A stretch of DNA of 64,000 bases from Spirochaetia bacterium (GTDB lineage Bacteria > Spirochaetota > Spirochaetia > DSM-2461): assembly GCA_963668315.1 (NCBI GenBank), contig OY764216.1:4320001-4384000 (forward strand). Direction: 5' to 3'. The notes under the pieces were generated by a model. It saw nothing but the letters and a program-made list of their open reading frames with translations. It had not been told where the DNA came from and ran no database searches. The position numbers and the translations under genes were made by a program. Below are positions 55,684 through 64,000 of this stretch, in pieces. The stretch's first letter is position 1. Each line of letters opens with the position of its first letter.

Positions 55684-55838
55684 TTATTACTCCTTATAAA
55701 TTATCTTCAGAAAGGGATTTTCAATGTTACATATTATAATAAAAGGAGGAAGATGAAAACATACATATAATTGACTCACCGTGAGCTATAATCTGTATGT
55801 CCCCAGCGTCCCTCCTTCCGGAAAAGATCTATTCTGTC

Positions 55839-57110
55839 TTAAATATTTTTCGTATTGGCAAGAAAATATTCCTCCGCCTCGGCAGACCATAAACCGTTAT
55901 TCTTTTTTACGATTTTACCCAATTCCGCATAAAAGGGGTCGGATTTACCCATTTCTTCCAAATCGGCCAGAGCGAAGAGATCACAGCTTTTCTGAACATA
56001 CATCAGTTTCTTTCCTCCGGGTATTTTGGGAAGGTTCTTGGTGGTTTCCACAACCGCATCCAGTCCTCCCACGTGGGTGACCATGGCCGACGGATTCAGT
56101 TCTCCCTTCGCCATCATGGCCAGGGACTCTTTGAGGTCATCGGTGTTACCGCCGGAAGTTCCCACCAGATGATGGGCGGCATAATGGACATTGTAGAAGT
56201 TCATTTCCACGCTGAACGAATTGTCGCTGGGACCGGCGAAAAAGTTCAGGCAGCCGTCCTGGGCCAGGATCGCATCGCCCTGCCTGACAACGGGAGCCAC
56301 GGGTGCCATGACCATCACGTCATCGTATCCCCTGCCGCCGGAAAGCTCCATCAGGTTGGCAACCGCATCGCCTTCGCTCGTATTCAGGTAGATCAGCTTA
56401 ACGCCGTTCTTTTTGGCCTCCTCTACGGTATAGATGGAGGCGGCTCTGTCCAGACGGGCCTGATCGATATCGGTCACAACCAGAAGCCCGGGTTTTCTGT
56501 CGCAATGGAGGGCATAGTCGATCGCGCCCAGTCCCATGGGGCCCACGCCGGCCAGGATAGCCTGATTGCCCCCTTCGGTAATCCCCATGTTATGGATGTA
56601 GGTACCGGCGGGAATATGGTAATGGGCATGGTAGGTTCCCACGATGCAGGATACCGGCTCGGCCAGGGAGCCCATGAAGAAGGCTTCGGCGTCATAGGGA
56701 AGGAGACAACCCTGCTCCATTACTTCGGCGGGGATAACGATATGGGTAGACGCTCCTCCGATGGTGCGGTAGGAGTATCCCGGGGCAGAAAGCAGACCGA
56801 CCGGTCCTTTTTCGTAGTTGAGGGCGGGCTGAATGGCAAACTTATCCCCTTCCTTGAACTGGGAAGCCCACTTGGACCCGACCTTTAAGAGGCGTCCGCA
56901 GAATTCATGGCCGATAATGATGGGATTTTCCGCCACATCATCGGGGACACGCTTATGATCGGCTCCCTGGCTCTGGGCTTTATAGCTGGACATACAAACG
57001 CTGTCGGAAATGATCTCCGCCAGAATCTCGTCGTCCTTGATTTCGGGCAGTTCGAATTCATCAAGTCTCAGGTCGCCCTTTCCGTATAATCTTACCGCTT
57101 TCGTTTTCAT
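55839..57110 (-). CDS. Zinc-binding dehydrogenase, L-sorbose-1-phosphate reductase (SorE/YggP)-like
   Basis: SDSVCMSSYK, HKRVP, GHEFCG, LAEPVSC, GPMGLGA, GTSGGNTDD and PGGKKL. Confidence 0.85.
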   Translation of the reverse strand: MKTKAVRLYGKGDLRLDEFELPEIKDDEILAEIISDSVCMSSYKAQSQGADHKRVPDDVAENPIIIGHEFCGRLLKVGSKWASQFKEGDKFAIQPALNYEKGPVGLLSAPGYSYRTIGGASTHIVIPAEVMEQGCLLPYDAEAFFMGSLAEPVSCIVGTYHAHYHIPAGTYIHNMGITEGGNQAILAGVGPMGLGAIDYALHCDRKPGLLVVTDIDQARLDRAASIYTVEEAKKNGVKLIYLNTSEGDAVANLMELSGGRGYDDVMVMAPVAPVVRQGDAILAQDGCLNFFAGPSDNSFSVEMNFYNVHYAAHHLVGTSGGNTDDLKESLAMMAKGELNPSAMVTHVGGLDAVVETTKNLPKIPGGKKLMYVQKSCDLFALADLEEMGKSDPFYAELGKIVKKNNGLWSAEAEEYFLANTKNI

Positions 57111-57319
57111 GAAATAACTCCTTTAATTGACCACGAATTGGTGGTTCAACGTACTTTCTGATATCTCTTGCAGACCGTCTGTGCTCAGGGAGTTGGTATC
57201 TCTCCGAGCCAGCAGAGCCAGCAGAGTTTTTTCTCTCGCAAAGGCACAAAGGGGAAGATTCGGCGTCCTTGGGCCTTTATATTAAATCCCTAAATATACC
57301 ACTTTTCTATAAGGGGTAT

Positions 57320-57445
57320 CCGGATGGGGCAGATTTTGTTGAAGACAAGGCGGAGGAAGGTTTCCGGCCCGCAGTGTACGGTTGGTACATGAGGAGCCGG
57401 AGTTCTTCCGACTACGCTGCATTCGACAAAAGATGCCCCTTCCGG
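57320..57445. repeat. 126-bp nested palindromic element (REP/RPE-like)
   Basis: CCGGATGGGGCAGATTTTGTTGAA...TTCGACAAAAGATGCCCCTTCCGG arms; inner TCCGGC/GCCGGA and TGTAC/GTACA stems. Confidence 0.8.
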
Positions 57446-58573
57446 CTAATTCAGCATGACCTGGCCGCCCGTAATCGGCACAGCCTGTCCCGTCTCATAC
57501 TTCTGCTCCACCGTATAGAACAGAGCCTTCATGACATCCTCCGTTGTGCATCCCCTGTCCAGGGGCACTTTGGATTCGTAAAACCGGCGTACGTCGGCCA
57601 CAGTCTTCGCACCGGGCACTTTACCGGCGTTCAGGTACTGGACGAACAGGCCCCGGTCGGGATCTGACCAGAGGGGGCCGTCCAGGAAATTGCCAGGGCA
57701 GAGGGCGTTCACCTTGATTTTATCGGCTACCAGTTCCAGGGCGAAGCTCTGTGTCAGGCCGATGACTCCGAACTTGGCTCCCGCGTAGGCTCCGTTTTTA
57801 TTGGAACCCTCCAGACCGGACTTTGAACTGATGCAGATGATATCGGTCAGATATCCGTCGGCCTCACGGTTCTGCAGGGCCATCTGAAGAGCGGCAAACT
57901 TGGTGCAGATGAAAAACCCCGTATAATCCACGCTGGTGACGAAGGAGAAGTCCTTCAAGGTCATTTCCTTGACGCTTCCCGCTTTAAGCACTCCCGCATT
58001 ACTGACAAAAATATCCAGCCCGCCGGTGGTCAGGGCGACTTTGTCCATCATGGCCTGTACCGATTCCTCATCGGTCACATTGACAGATAAGGCGAAGGCG
58101 CAGGTCCGTCCCAGTTCTTCGTTCAGCTTCCGGGCCAGGTTATCAGCCCCTTCCAGGTTCATATCGGCGATATAGACGAAGGCTCCCGCCTCGGCCAGTC
58201 CCCTGACCATTCCTTCGCCGAAACCCTGGGCTCCCCCCGTCACCAGGGCCGTTTTGTTAAGGACCACGCTGTTTCTGTCCATGGGAGCCGCCGTCTCGGC
58301 GGGAGAGGAGATTCTCCCCTCCGCCAGGGAGGCCGCTTCATCGTAGGATTCGCCCAGGTAGAAGCAGCCGACCCCTTCCACAGAGACCATGCCGGTGCCG
58401 GGCTTCCAGGATTTTCTCAGGATTTCCTGAAAGTTATCCTCCCTGAGGCCGCTTATCCCTACGGCGGGAATGACATTCTGCTTGGTCTCGGCAAAAAGGA
58501 CGATTTTTCCCTTGTTTCCGTCAAAACTCAATCCCCTCAGTACGGGGGCTATTTTCGTAGCCAATGTATTCAT
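57446..58573 (-). CDS. SDR oxidoreductase, sorbitol-6-phosphate dehydrogenase (SrlD/SorD)-like, with N-terminal extension
   Basis: VTGGAQGFG, SSKSG, YAGAKFG, CPGNF, LFVQY and TGGQVM. Confidence 0.85.
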   Translation of the reverse strand: MNTLATKIAPVLRGLSFDGNKGKIVLFAETKQNVIPAVGISGLREDNFQEILRKSWKPGTGMVSVEGVGCFYLGESYDEAASLAEGRISSPAETAAPMDRNSVVLNKTALVTGGAQGFGEGMVRGLAEAGAFVYIADMNLEGADNLARKLNEELGRTCAFALSVNVTDEESVQAMMDKVALTTGGLDIFVSNAGVLKAGSVKEMTLKDFSFVTSVDYTGFFICTKFAALQMALQNREADGYLTDIICISSKSGLEGSNKNGAYAGAKFGVIGLTQSFALELVADKIKVNALCPGNFLDGPLWSDPDRGLFVQYLNAGKVPGAKTVADVRRFYESKVPLDRGCTTEDVMKALFYTVEQKYETGQAVPITGGQVMLN

Positions 58574-59883
58574 TTAAGACTTATCTCCTCAGGAGCGGAA
58601 GGATTCATCGACCGTCCCGCCGATGCGTAGGCGGCAGACCTTTCAGCCAGGGTTTTTCCGGCCAGGGGATTCTTCGGGTTAAAGATTCCCAGATGGCCGT
58701 CCTTCATGCTCAGTTTTTCGTGGGCGATCAGAGCCCAGGTTGCATCGATCAGATGCTTGAAATCATCCTGCAGGATCTCGGGGCAGTTGAAGCTCTGCCG
58801 GGAGGAGTTGATGTCCACCCCGCTGATCTCCATGAATCCGTGTTTCCCGCAAAGGGCCATGACGCGTTTGAGCTGTTCCAGGGTATTGCGGGGAGGCATA
58901 TAGGTAATCGCCTGAAATCCCGCATCCTTCAATACATCCATCAGCTCATCCAGAAAGGAGTCCTCGAAGGTCTGCGCTTTCTTATCCCCCGTGGGACTCT
59001 CCCCCACATCGCCGAGATAGGCATAGGAGGGAATGGCCCCGACAGAGCGGGCGAAGGCGGTGACCTCTTTGACGGGAGGGCACTCTTTCCCATCGGGCTG
59101 AACAAAGAAGCGCTCGACGAAATTGCCCTTCATTACGCCTAAAAGGTCGTAAAGGTAATGGGGATTGGACTCATCAAGCAGTCTCTCCCTCAGGGAACCC
59201 TTAAGCTCAAGTCCCATCTTCTCTTCCATCAGCTTGACAACGGGTGCCCCCTTGCCGGATATTTCCACCAACTTGGCCGCCAGGGCGTAACAGATGTGCC
59301 TTTCGGTAATCGTTCCCCCTTCCTCGTAACGGGAAATGGCGACCACTTCCCTGTCAAAATCCAGTCCGGGGAGGTCGTATCCGGCCAGCAATTCGTTCAG
59401 CTTAGACACTTCCGCTCTGTTTCTTTCGAAACGGGCGGCCCGGTAGGGTTTCAGAAAGGCTTCGCACTCGGCCGTTTTGTTGACCGGTATGCCGTGCAGG
59501 GTCATATAAGCCAGGTTATCCGAATCGGGATTATTGAGACGCCTGCCTTCCATGGGCGTTCCGGTAAAATTCACCCGCATCTCGAAACCGCAGGTGGTGG
59601 CCAGGCCGATCGCCTTTCCGGCTTCGACCATCTCTTCCAGTCCCCCCACGCTGTCGTGATCCATGATGCCCACGGCCAGCAGACCCGCTTCCCAGGCTTT
59701 ATAGGCCGCCAGAGAAGGCGAATAGGGACTGAAGGAGTAGATGGTATGGACGTGGTTGTTTACTTCGGGAGTTTCCCTGCGGGTAACTTCGCCGGCTCGT
59801 ATCAGCTCGCCCATTTTCCGGGCCGCCGCCAGCCGCCCTTCCTTTTCGGGGCCGTTCATTTCTTCGATTAATCTATCAATCAT
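58570..59883 (-). CDS. PHP-domain metallophosphoesterase-like protein
   Basis: NNHVHTIYS, MDHDS, GFE and SGVD motifs. Confidence 0.8.
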   Translation of the reverse strand: MIDRLIEEMNGPEKEGRLAAARKMGELIRAGEVTRRETPEVNNHVHTIYSFSPYSPSLAAYKAWEAGLLAVGIMDHDSVGGLEEMVEAGKAIGLATTCGFEMRVNFTGTPMEGRRLNNPDSDNLAYMTLHGIPVNKTAECEAFLKPYRAARFERNRAEVSKLNELLAGYDLPGLDFDREVVAISRYEEGGTITERHICYALAAKLVEISGKGAPVVKLMEEKMGLELKGSLRERLLDESNPHYLYDLLGVMKGNFVERFFVQPDGKECPPVKEVTAFARSVGAIPSYAYLGDVGESPTGDKKAQTFEDSFLDELMDVLKDAGFQAITYMPPRNTLEQLKRVMALCGKHGFMEISGVDINSSRQSFNCPEILQDDFKHLIDATWALIAHEKLSMKDGHLGIFNPKNPLAGKTLAERSAAYASAGRSMNPSAPEEISLK

Positions 59884-59907
59884 TACCGCTCCGTTTATTG
59901 GTTATGA

Positions 59908-60042
59908 CCGAACCGCGAAAAACGCGAAAGGCGCGAAAGGGGCGGTTCGGGGTATGAAGCTGATTCAGGCTTTCGCTTGTATCGGCTTCATTCGAATAGT
60001 CGGTTGAGGCGCCTGACGCGAAACACGCGAAAGGCACGAAAC
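59908..60042. repeat. Nonamer repeats (xCGCGAAAx) plus hairpins
   Basis: Three units at 59913-59939 inside a CCGAACCGC/GCGGTTCGG inverted repeat, a hairpin at 59954-59991, and three more units at 60016-60042. Confidence 0.7.
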
Positions 60043-60212
60043 TACGGTTCCTTTTAATTATCAGCGCTGATGCGGGATAAAATCAACCTCAATCTTCTCT
60101 TTACAATTCTTCATTCTTAATTCTTCATTAAAACATGTGAGAAAAGCCAAAAGCGAAAGCCTCGTAAGCCTAACTCGCTCACGTCCGCTTTCCGCTGTCG
60201 GCTTTCACATCC

Positions 60213-62669
60213 TTACACGCCCAGCCTGTACTGGCGGAGGATTTCCCCATTGGTCTGCACGGTGGAGACCTCGTGTCCCGGCAGGGGCAGGATCTGCTCA
60301 TGCACCGCGTCGATCATCCACTCGGGGCGGGGGAAGTAGATATGCTCCAGCTCTGCGGGGGGGCTGATCCAGTTCCGGCTTCCCACGACAACGGGAGGTC
60401 CGTCCAGGTAATCGAAGGCCAGCTTGGTGATGATGGACGCGATATTATGCAGGTAGGACCCCCGTTCACAGGCGTCGGAAGTCAGCATAACCCGTCCGGT
60501 CTTCTTCACCGACTCGATGATGGGCTCGAAGTTGAGGGGGTTGATGAAACGCAGGTCGATGACTTCGGCGCTGACGCCGTACTTCTCTTCCATCTGCGCT
60601 GCGGCCTTCATGGCGGGATACAAAGTGGGTCCGACGGTCAGGATGGTCAGATCCTTTCCTTCCTTTCTGACAACCGGTTCGCCTTCGGGCACCTCGTAAT
60701 ACTCTTCGGGGACGCCCTCTTTCACGAACTCCTCGCCCACGCCGTACAGTTTCTGGCTCTCCAGGAAGATCACCGGATCGGTTCCCCTCAGAGCCAGGGC
60801 GAGCATGCCCTTCGCGTCGTAGGGAGTGCTGGGGTAGTACACTTTCAGGCCGGGGATATGGGCCACGAGGGCCGACCAGTCCTGGGAGTGCTGGGCGCCG
60901 TATTTGTTACCCACCGACACGCGGAGGACAACGGGCATCTTGAGTATTCCGGCGCTCATGCTCTGCCACTTGGGCAGCTGGTTGAAGATCTCGTCTCCCG
61001 CCCGTCCCATGAAGTCGCAGTACATCAGTTCCACCATGGCCCGTCCTCCGGACATGGCGTAACCCAGGGCGGAAGCCACGATGGACGCCTCGGATATGGG
61101 GCTGTTGAACAGTCTGTGATAGGGAAGAGCCTCGGTCAGGCCGCGGTAACAGGCAAAGGCGCCGCCCCAGTCCCGGTTCTCCTCGCCGTAGGCCACCAGG
61201 GTCGGGTCTTTGTAGAACCGGTCCAGGGCGGCTTCGAAAATACCGTCGCGGAAGGTATACAGGCGGGTGGCGGAAATGGCCTGGCCCTTCTCATCGAAGG
61301 CGTAGCGCTGCTTTCTGGCCAGCTGCTGAACCCGGGGATTCTCCTCTTTGGTCATCAGCACGTCCGGCTTGGCTTCGTCAAAGGCTTCCACCTTTTCGTT
61401 GGAGTACATGACCGATTCGATGAACTTGCCGTCCACCATGGGGCTGATTTCATCGTTGATGGCCAGACTCATGGTGGTCTCGATTTTCTTGATAACCTTC
61501 ACCTTCAGGCTTTCGGCATCCTTGTCGCTCATTACGCCGCCTTTGACAAGGTACTCCCTGAAGGCGTCGATGGGATCGGCCTGTTTAAAGGCGTCCTGCT
61601 CTTCCCGGCTCCGGTAGCTGGAAGCATCCGAGGGAGAGTGCCCGGAGAGGCGGTAGGTAATGGTATCCATGATAACCGGACCGTCGCCCGCTTCCAGAAT
61701 TTTTCGTTTCCTCTCCATGGCGTCCGCCACGGCCAGGGGATTGAAACCGTCCACCCGCTCGGCATGCATGGCCATCTCATTGACGCCGGCACCAATTCTC
61801 GCGGGATATTTGTACCCCATGGTCTCACCCCAGGTCTGGCCGCCCATGCCGTAAAAATTATTGAACACGTTGAGCATATAGGGGGGAGCGCCGGCCATGT
61901 CGCCCCAGAGAGTCTTGTACTGGTCCATGGCGGCCAGCATCAGACCTTCCCATACGGGACCGCATGCCGTGGCCGCGTCGCCTATGTTGGCGATGACGAT
62001 ACCGGGCTTCCGGTTGATTTTCTTGTAAAGGGCGCCGCCCACGGCGATGGCGCCGGAACCGCCGACGATGGCGTTATTGGGCATGGAGCCGAAGGGGATG
62101 AAAAAGGTGTGCATCGAACCGCCGAGTCCCCGGTTGAAGCCCCACTTGCGGGCGAAGATCTCCGCCAGAGCGCCGTAAAGGATGAAGTTCTCCGCATGAT
62201 CCCGGACATTCTCTCCCTTGAAGTGCTTGTCTACGACCTTGAGAGTATCCCCTCCCAAAAAGCTTTCCATCGTCGTGGTCAATCCGCTCTCGTCCATCTT
62301 GGATACGGCGGAAAGGCACTTGGCCAGAATCTCTCCGTGGGACCGGTGGGAACCGAAAATAAAGTCCTCCGCCCCCAGGGTCATGGCCTGGCCCACGGCG
62401 GCCGATTCCTGACCGGCGGACAGATGGGCGGGGCCTTTATGATTATATTCCACACCGTGATAACTGTTATTCTTCTTAATGTCGTCCAGCATGGTTTCGA
62501 ACTCGCGGATCATCAGCATATCGTAATAGGCCTTTTTCAGCCTGTCCTTGCCGTACTTCTTGATCTCCTTCTTGATATCTCCCTTGTACTGGTTTACGGG
62601 GATATCCTTAATGCTGAGCATTTCCGGTTCTCTGATCTTTTTCGGGTCTATGTTTAGGACCTGTGGCAT
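60213..62669 (-). CDS. 2-oxoacid/acetoin dehydrogenase E1, fused alpha+beta subunits (ThDP-dependent)
   Basis: HLSAGQE, HRSHG, GGSMH, GDAA...NN and YRLSGHS (alpha); GEE, PISEAS, GAQHSQ and EVIDLR (beta). Confidence 0.92.
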   Translation of the reverse strand: MPQVLNIDPKKIREPEMLSIKDIPVNQYKGDIKKEIKKYGKDRLKKAYYDMLMIREFETMLDDIKKNNSYHGVEYNHKGPAHLSAGQESAAVGQAMTLGAEDFIFGSHRSHGEILAKCLSAVSKMDESGLTTTMESFLGGDTLKVVDKHFKGENVRDHAENFILYGALAEIFARKWGFNRGLGGSMHTFFIPFGSMPNNAIVGGSGAIAVGGALYKKINRKPGIVIANIGDAATACGPVWEGLMLAAMDQYKTLWGDMAGAPPYMLNVFNNFYGMGGQTWGETMGYKYPARIGAGVNEMAMHAERVDGFNPLAVADAMERKRKILEAGDGPVIMDTITYRLSGHSPSDASSYRSREEQDAFKQADPIDAFREYLVKGGVMSDKDAESLKVKVIKKIETTMSLAINDEISPMVDGKFIESVMYSNEKVEAFDEAKPDVLMTKEENPRVQQLARKQRYAFDEKGQAISATRLYTFRDGIFEAALDRFYKDPTLVAYGEENRDWGGAFACYRGLTEALPYHRLFNSPISEASIVASALGYAMSGGRAMVELMYCDFMGRAGDEIFNQLPKWQSMSAGILKMPVVLRVSVGNKYGAQHSQDWSALVAHIPGLKVYYPSTPYDAKGMLALALRGTDPVIFLESQKLYGVGEEFVKEGVPEEYYEVPEGEPVVRKEGKDLTILTVGPTLYPAMKAAAQMEEKYGVSAEVIDLRFINPLNFEPIIESVKKTGRVMLTSDACERGSYLHNIASIITKLAFDYLDGPPVVVGSRNWISPPAELEHIYFPRPEWMIDAVHEQILPLPGHEVSTVQTNGEILRQYRLGV

Positions 62670-62745
62670 ATTTTTCTCCTTCCTTTCTATTTGTCTACCG
62701 TTACGGCTATTATCTCTTTTCTAAAATGTAGAATCAAAAATTGCA

Positions 62746-62871
62746 TCAATTCTCAATTCTCAATTCTCAATTCTCAATTCTCAATTCTCAATTCTCAATT
62801 CTCAATTCTCAATTCTCAATTCTCAATTCTCAATTCTCAATTCTTCATTCTTCATTCTTCATTCTTCATTC
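62746..62871 (+). repeat. Tandem heptamer array (TCAATTC)x14 + (TTCATTC)x4
   Basis: Counted directly: 62746-62843 and 62844-62871, in the lpdA-E1 spacer. Confidence 0.97.
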
Positions 62872-62899
62872 CGCTTTCGCCCTTCAGCTTCCGTCTTTC

Positions 62900-64000
62900 T
62901 CACTTCACCTGCCAGAGGGCATCCTTGACGATCTCCGACATGCTGGGATGGGGGAAAATCACTTCCTTCACATCCTGTATCCTCAGCTCATCCTCAATCA
63001 TAACCGAGGCGGAGTGAATGATCTCCGAACAGGTCCCGCCCAGCATATGCACGCCCAGGATACGGTCCGTTTCTGCCTCGGCGATCACCTTGCACATGCC
63101 CCGCTCCTTGCCGTACTCCGCCAGGAAACGGCCGTTGGCGATAAACTGCATGGTACCCGTCTTCACCTTGATGCCCTGAGCCTCGGCGTCCTTCTCGGTC
63201 AGCCCGCACCCGGCGGCTTCCGGATTGGAGTATATCGCCCAGGGGATCGCCTCGTAACGCATGATCTGGCTGCCGCCGAACATATTCGCCACGGCCACCT
63301 CGGCCATGCGGGAAGCCGAATGGGCCAGGAGGGATTTTCCCGTCACATCGCCGATCGCCCAGACACCGGGGAGGTTTGTGGCCATTCTCTCGTCCACCGC
63401 GACGCCCCGGGGAGACACATCCAGCCCCAGCCCGTCCAGACCGTCCACATTGGGCCGTCTTCCCACGGACATGAGCACCAGATCGGCGTCCAGGTAGTCG
63501 GTTTTACCCGTTTTATCGGTATATTTTACCCGTTTTCCCTCGACCCCGTCGACTTTGCAGCTCAGAAGGAATTTCACCGGCTTCAGCTGCTGCCTGAGCA
63601 TTTTGGAGAACTCCCGGTCCATCAGGGGGGCCACTTCGTCCATCATCTCCACCACGGTCACATCCGATCCGATCTGGGAAAAGAAATTGGCAAACTCCAG
63701 GCCGATCACGCCGCCGCCGATGATCACCAGCTTTCCGGGGATCTCCTTAATCTGGAGAATCTCCCGGCTGGTCACCACGATCTCGCTGTCATGGCCGGGA
63801 ATGGGGGGCACAAAGGGCCTCGATCCGGTGGCGATGATGATATTCTTCCCCTCGTAGCTGCCCTTTCCCTCTCCGTCGAGGACCTCCACGCTTGAGCGGC
63901 CGGTCATCCTGGCCTCGCCGAAAATCACATCCGCCTTGCCCGACTTCATCAGAAAGGCGATGCCCTTCCGCAGCTGGTCGATCACCTCGGCCTTCCGCTC
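62900..64000 (-). CDS. lpdA: Dihydrolipoamide dehydrogenase E3 (5' end outside the window)
   Basis: IIATGS, IIGGGVIGLE, GRRPN, WAIGDV, LAH and C-terminal HPSMSE. Confidence 0.93.
   Translation of the reverse strand, partial: ERKAEVIDQLRKGIAFLMKSGKADVIFGEARMTGRSSVEVLDGEGKGSYEGKNIIIATGSRPFVPPIPGHDSEIVVTSREILQIKEIPGKLVIIGGGVIGLEFANFFSQIGSDVTVVEMMDEVAPLMDREFSKMLRQQLKPVKFLLSCKVDGVEGKRVKYTDKTGKTDYLDADLVLMSVGRRPNVDGLDGLGLDVSPRGVAVDERMATNLPGVWAIGDVTGKSLLAHSASRMAEVAVANMFGGSQIMRYEAIPWAIYSNPEAAGCGLTEKDAEAQGIKVKTGTMQFIANGRFLAEYGKERGMCKVIAEAETDRILGVHMLGGTCSEIIHSASVMIEDELRIQDVKEVIFPHPSMSEIVKDALWQVK

Noticed and set aside
54214..55770. 518-aa plus-strand ORF
   Set aside because: Antisense shadow of tkt.
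60273..62657. 794-aa plus-strand ORF
   Set aside because: Antisense shadow of the fused E1 gene.
44918..62871. Possible CRISPR arrays at the tandem repeats
   Set aside because: Units are 7-9 bp, contiguous and lack unique spacers; no cas genes are present.
62691..63895. ORFs with NSQFSIL repeats
   Set aside because: Translation of the heptamer array running antisense into lpdA; not credible proteins.
1..64000. rRNA, tRNA and known riboswitches
   Set aside because: None recognised by eye; a covariance-model scan would be needed to exclude them.

Overview
Bacterial chromosomal window, probably from a free-living Spirochaetota (inference from 'FANG/FAGG'-type signal peptides, a short C-terminal-Phe beta-barrel protein and spirochaete-like hypotheticals). 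(1) About 1-19.4 kb is a visibly AT-rich exopolysaccharide/surface-glycan locus. It encodes a Wzx flippase, a WcaB-like acetyltransferase, GT2, AsnB, ATP-grasp, acyl carrier protein, a NadE-like ATP-pyrophosphatase, an AMP-ligase and an AlgI/AlgJ-type MBOAT pair. Interleaved are exported proteins: two beta-helix paralogs, an SGNH-like lipoprotein, an Ig-esterase lipoprotein, a glycoside-hydrolase-like protein and a doubly frameshifted esterase. (2) 19.4-25.8 kb: cyclophilin and oppBCDFA. (3) 26-34 kb is a second lipoprotein cluster reusing the island's families (7x Ig + DUF2271-like, SGNH-like, DUF2271-like, GH-like). Its Ig gene is bracketed by two identical 105-bp structured repeats, and a GxxExxY gene sits among nonamer inverted repeats. 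(4) 34-53.6 kb: GH38 alpha-mannosidase plus LacI regulator with two visible operators, rluA-family, yggS, GNAT, deoB, an exported ankyrin protein, DD-carboxypeptidase, ArsR/MFS, FHA-GGDEF plus a two-component system, and an OMP. (5) 53.7-64 kb: tkt and an uncharacterised sugar-catabolic cluster (SorE-like dehydrogenase, SrlD-like SDR, PHP, fused E1alpha/beta, lpdA) whose spacers carry several palindromic and tandem repeat types. Best novelty candidates are the carrier-protein-dependent EPS-tailoring module with its duplicated lipoprotein toolkit, and the dehydrogenase-complex-linked sugar pathway. No rRNA, tRNA, CRISPR, integrase or transposase was seen. All assignments come from visual motif recognition; no searches were run.
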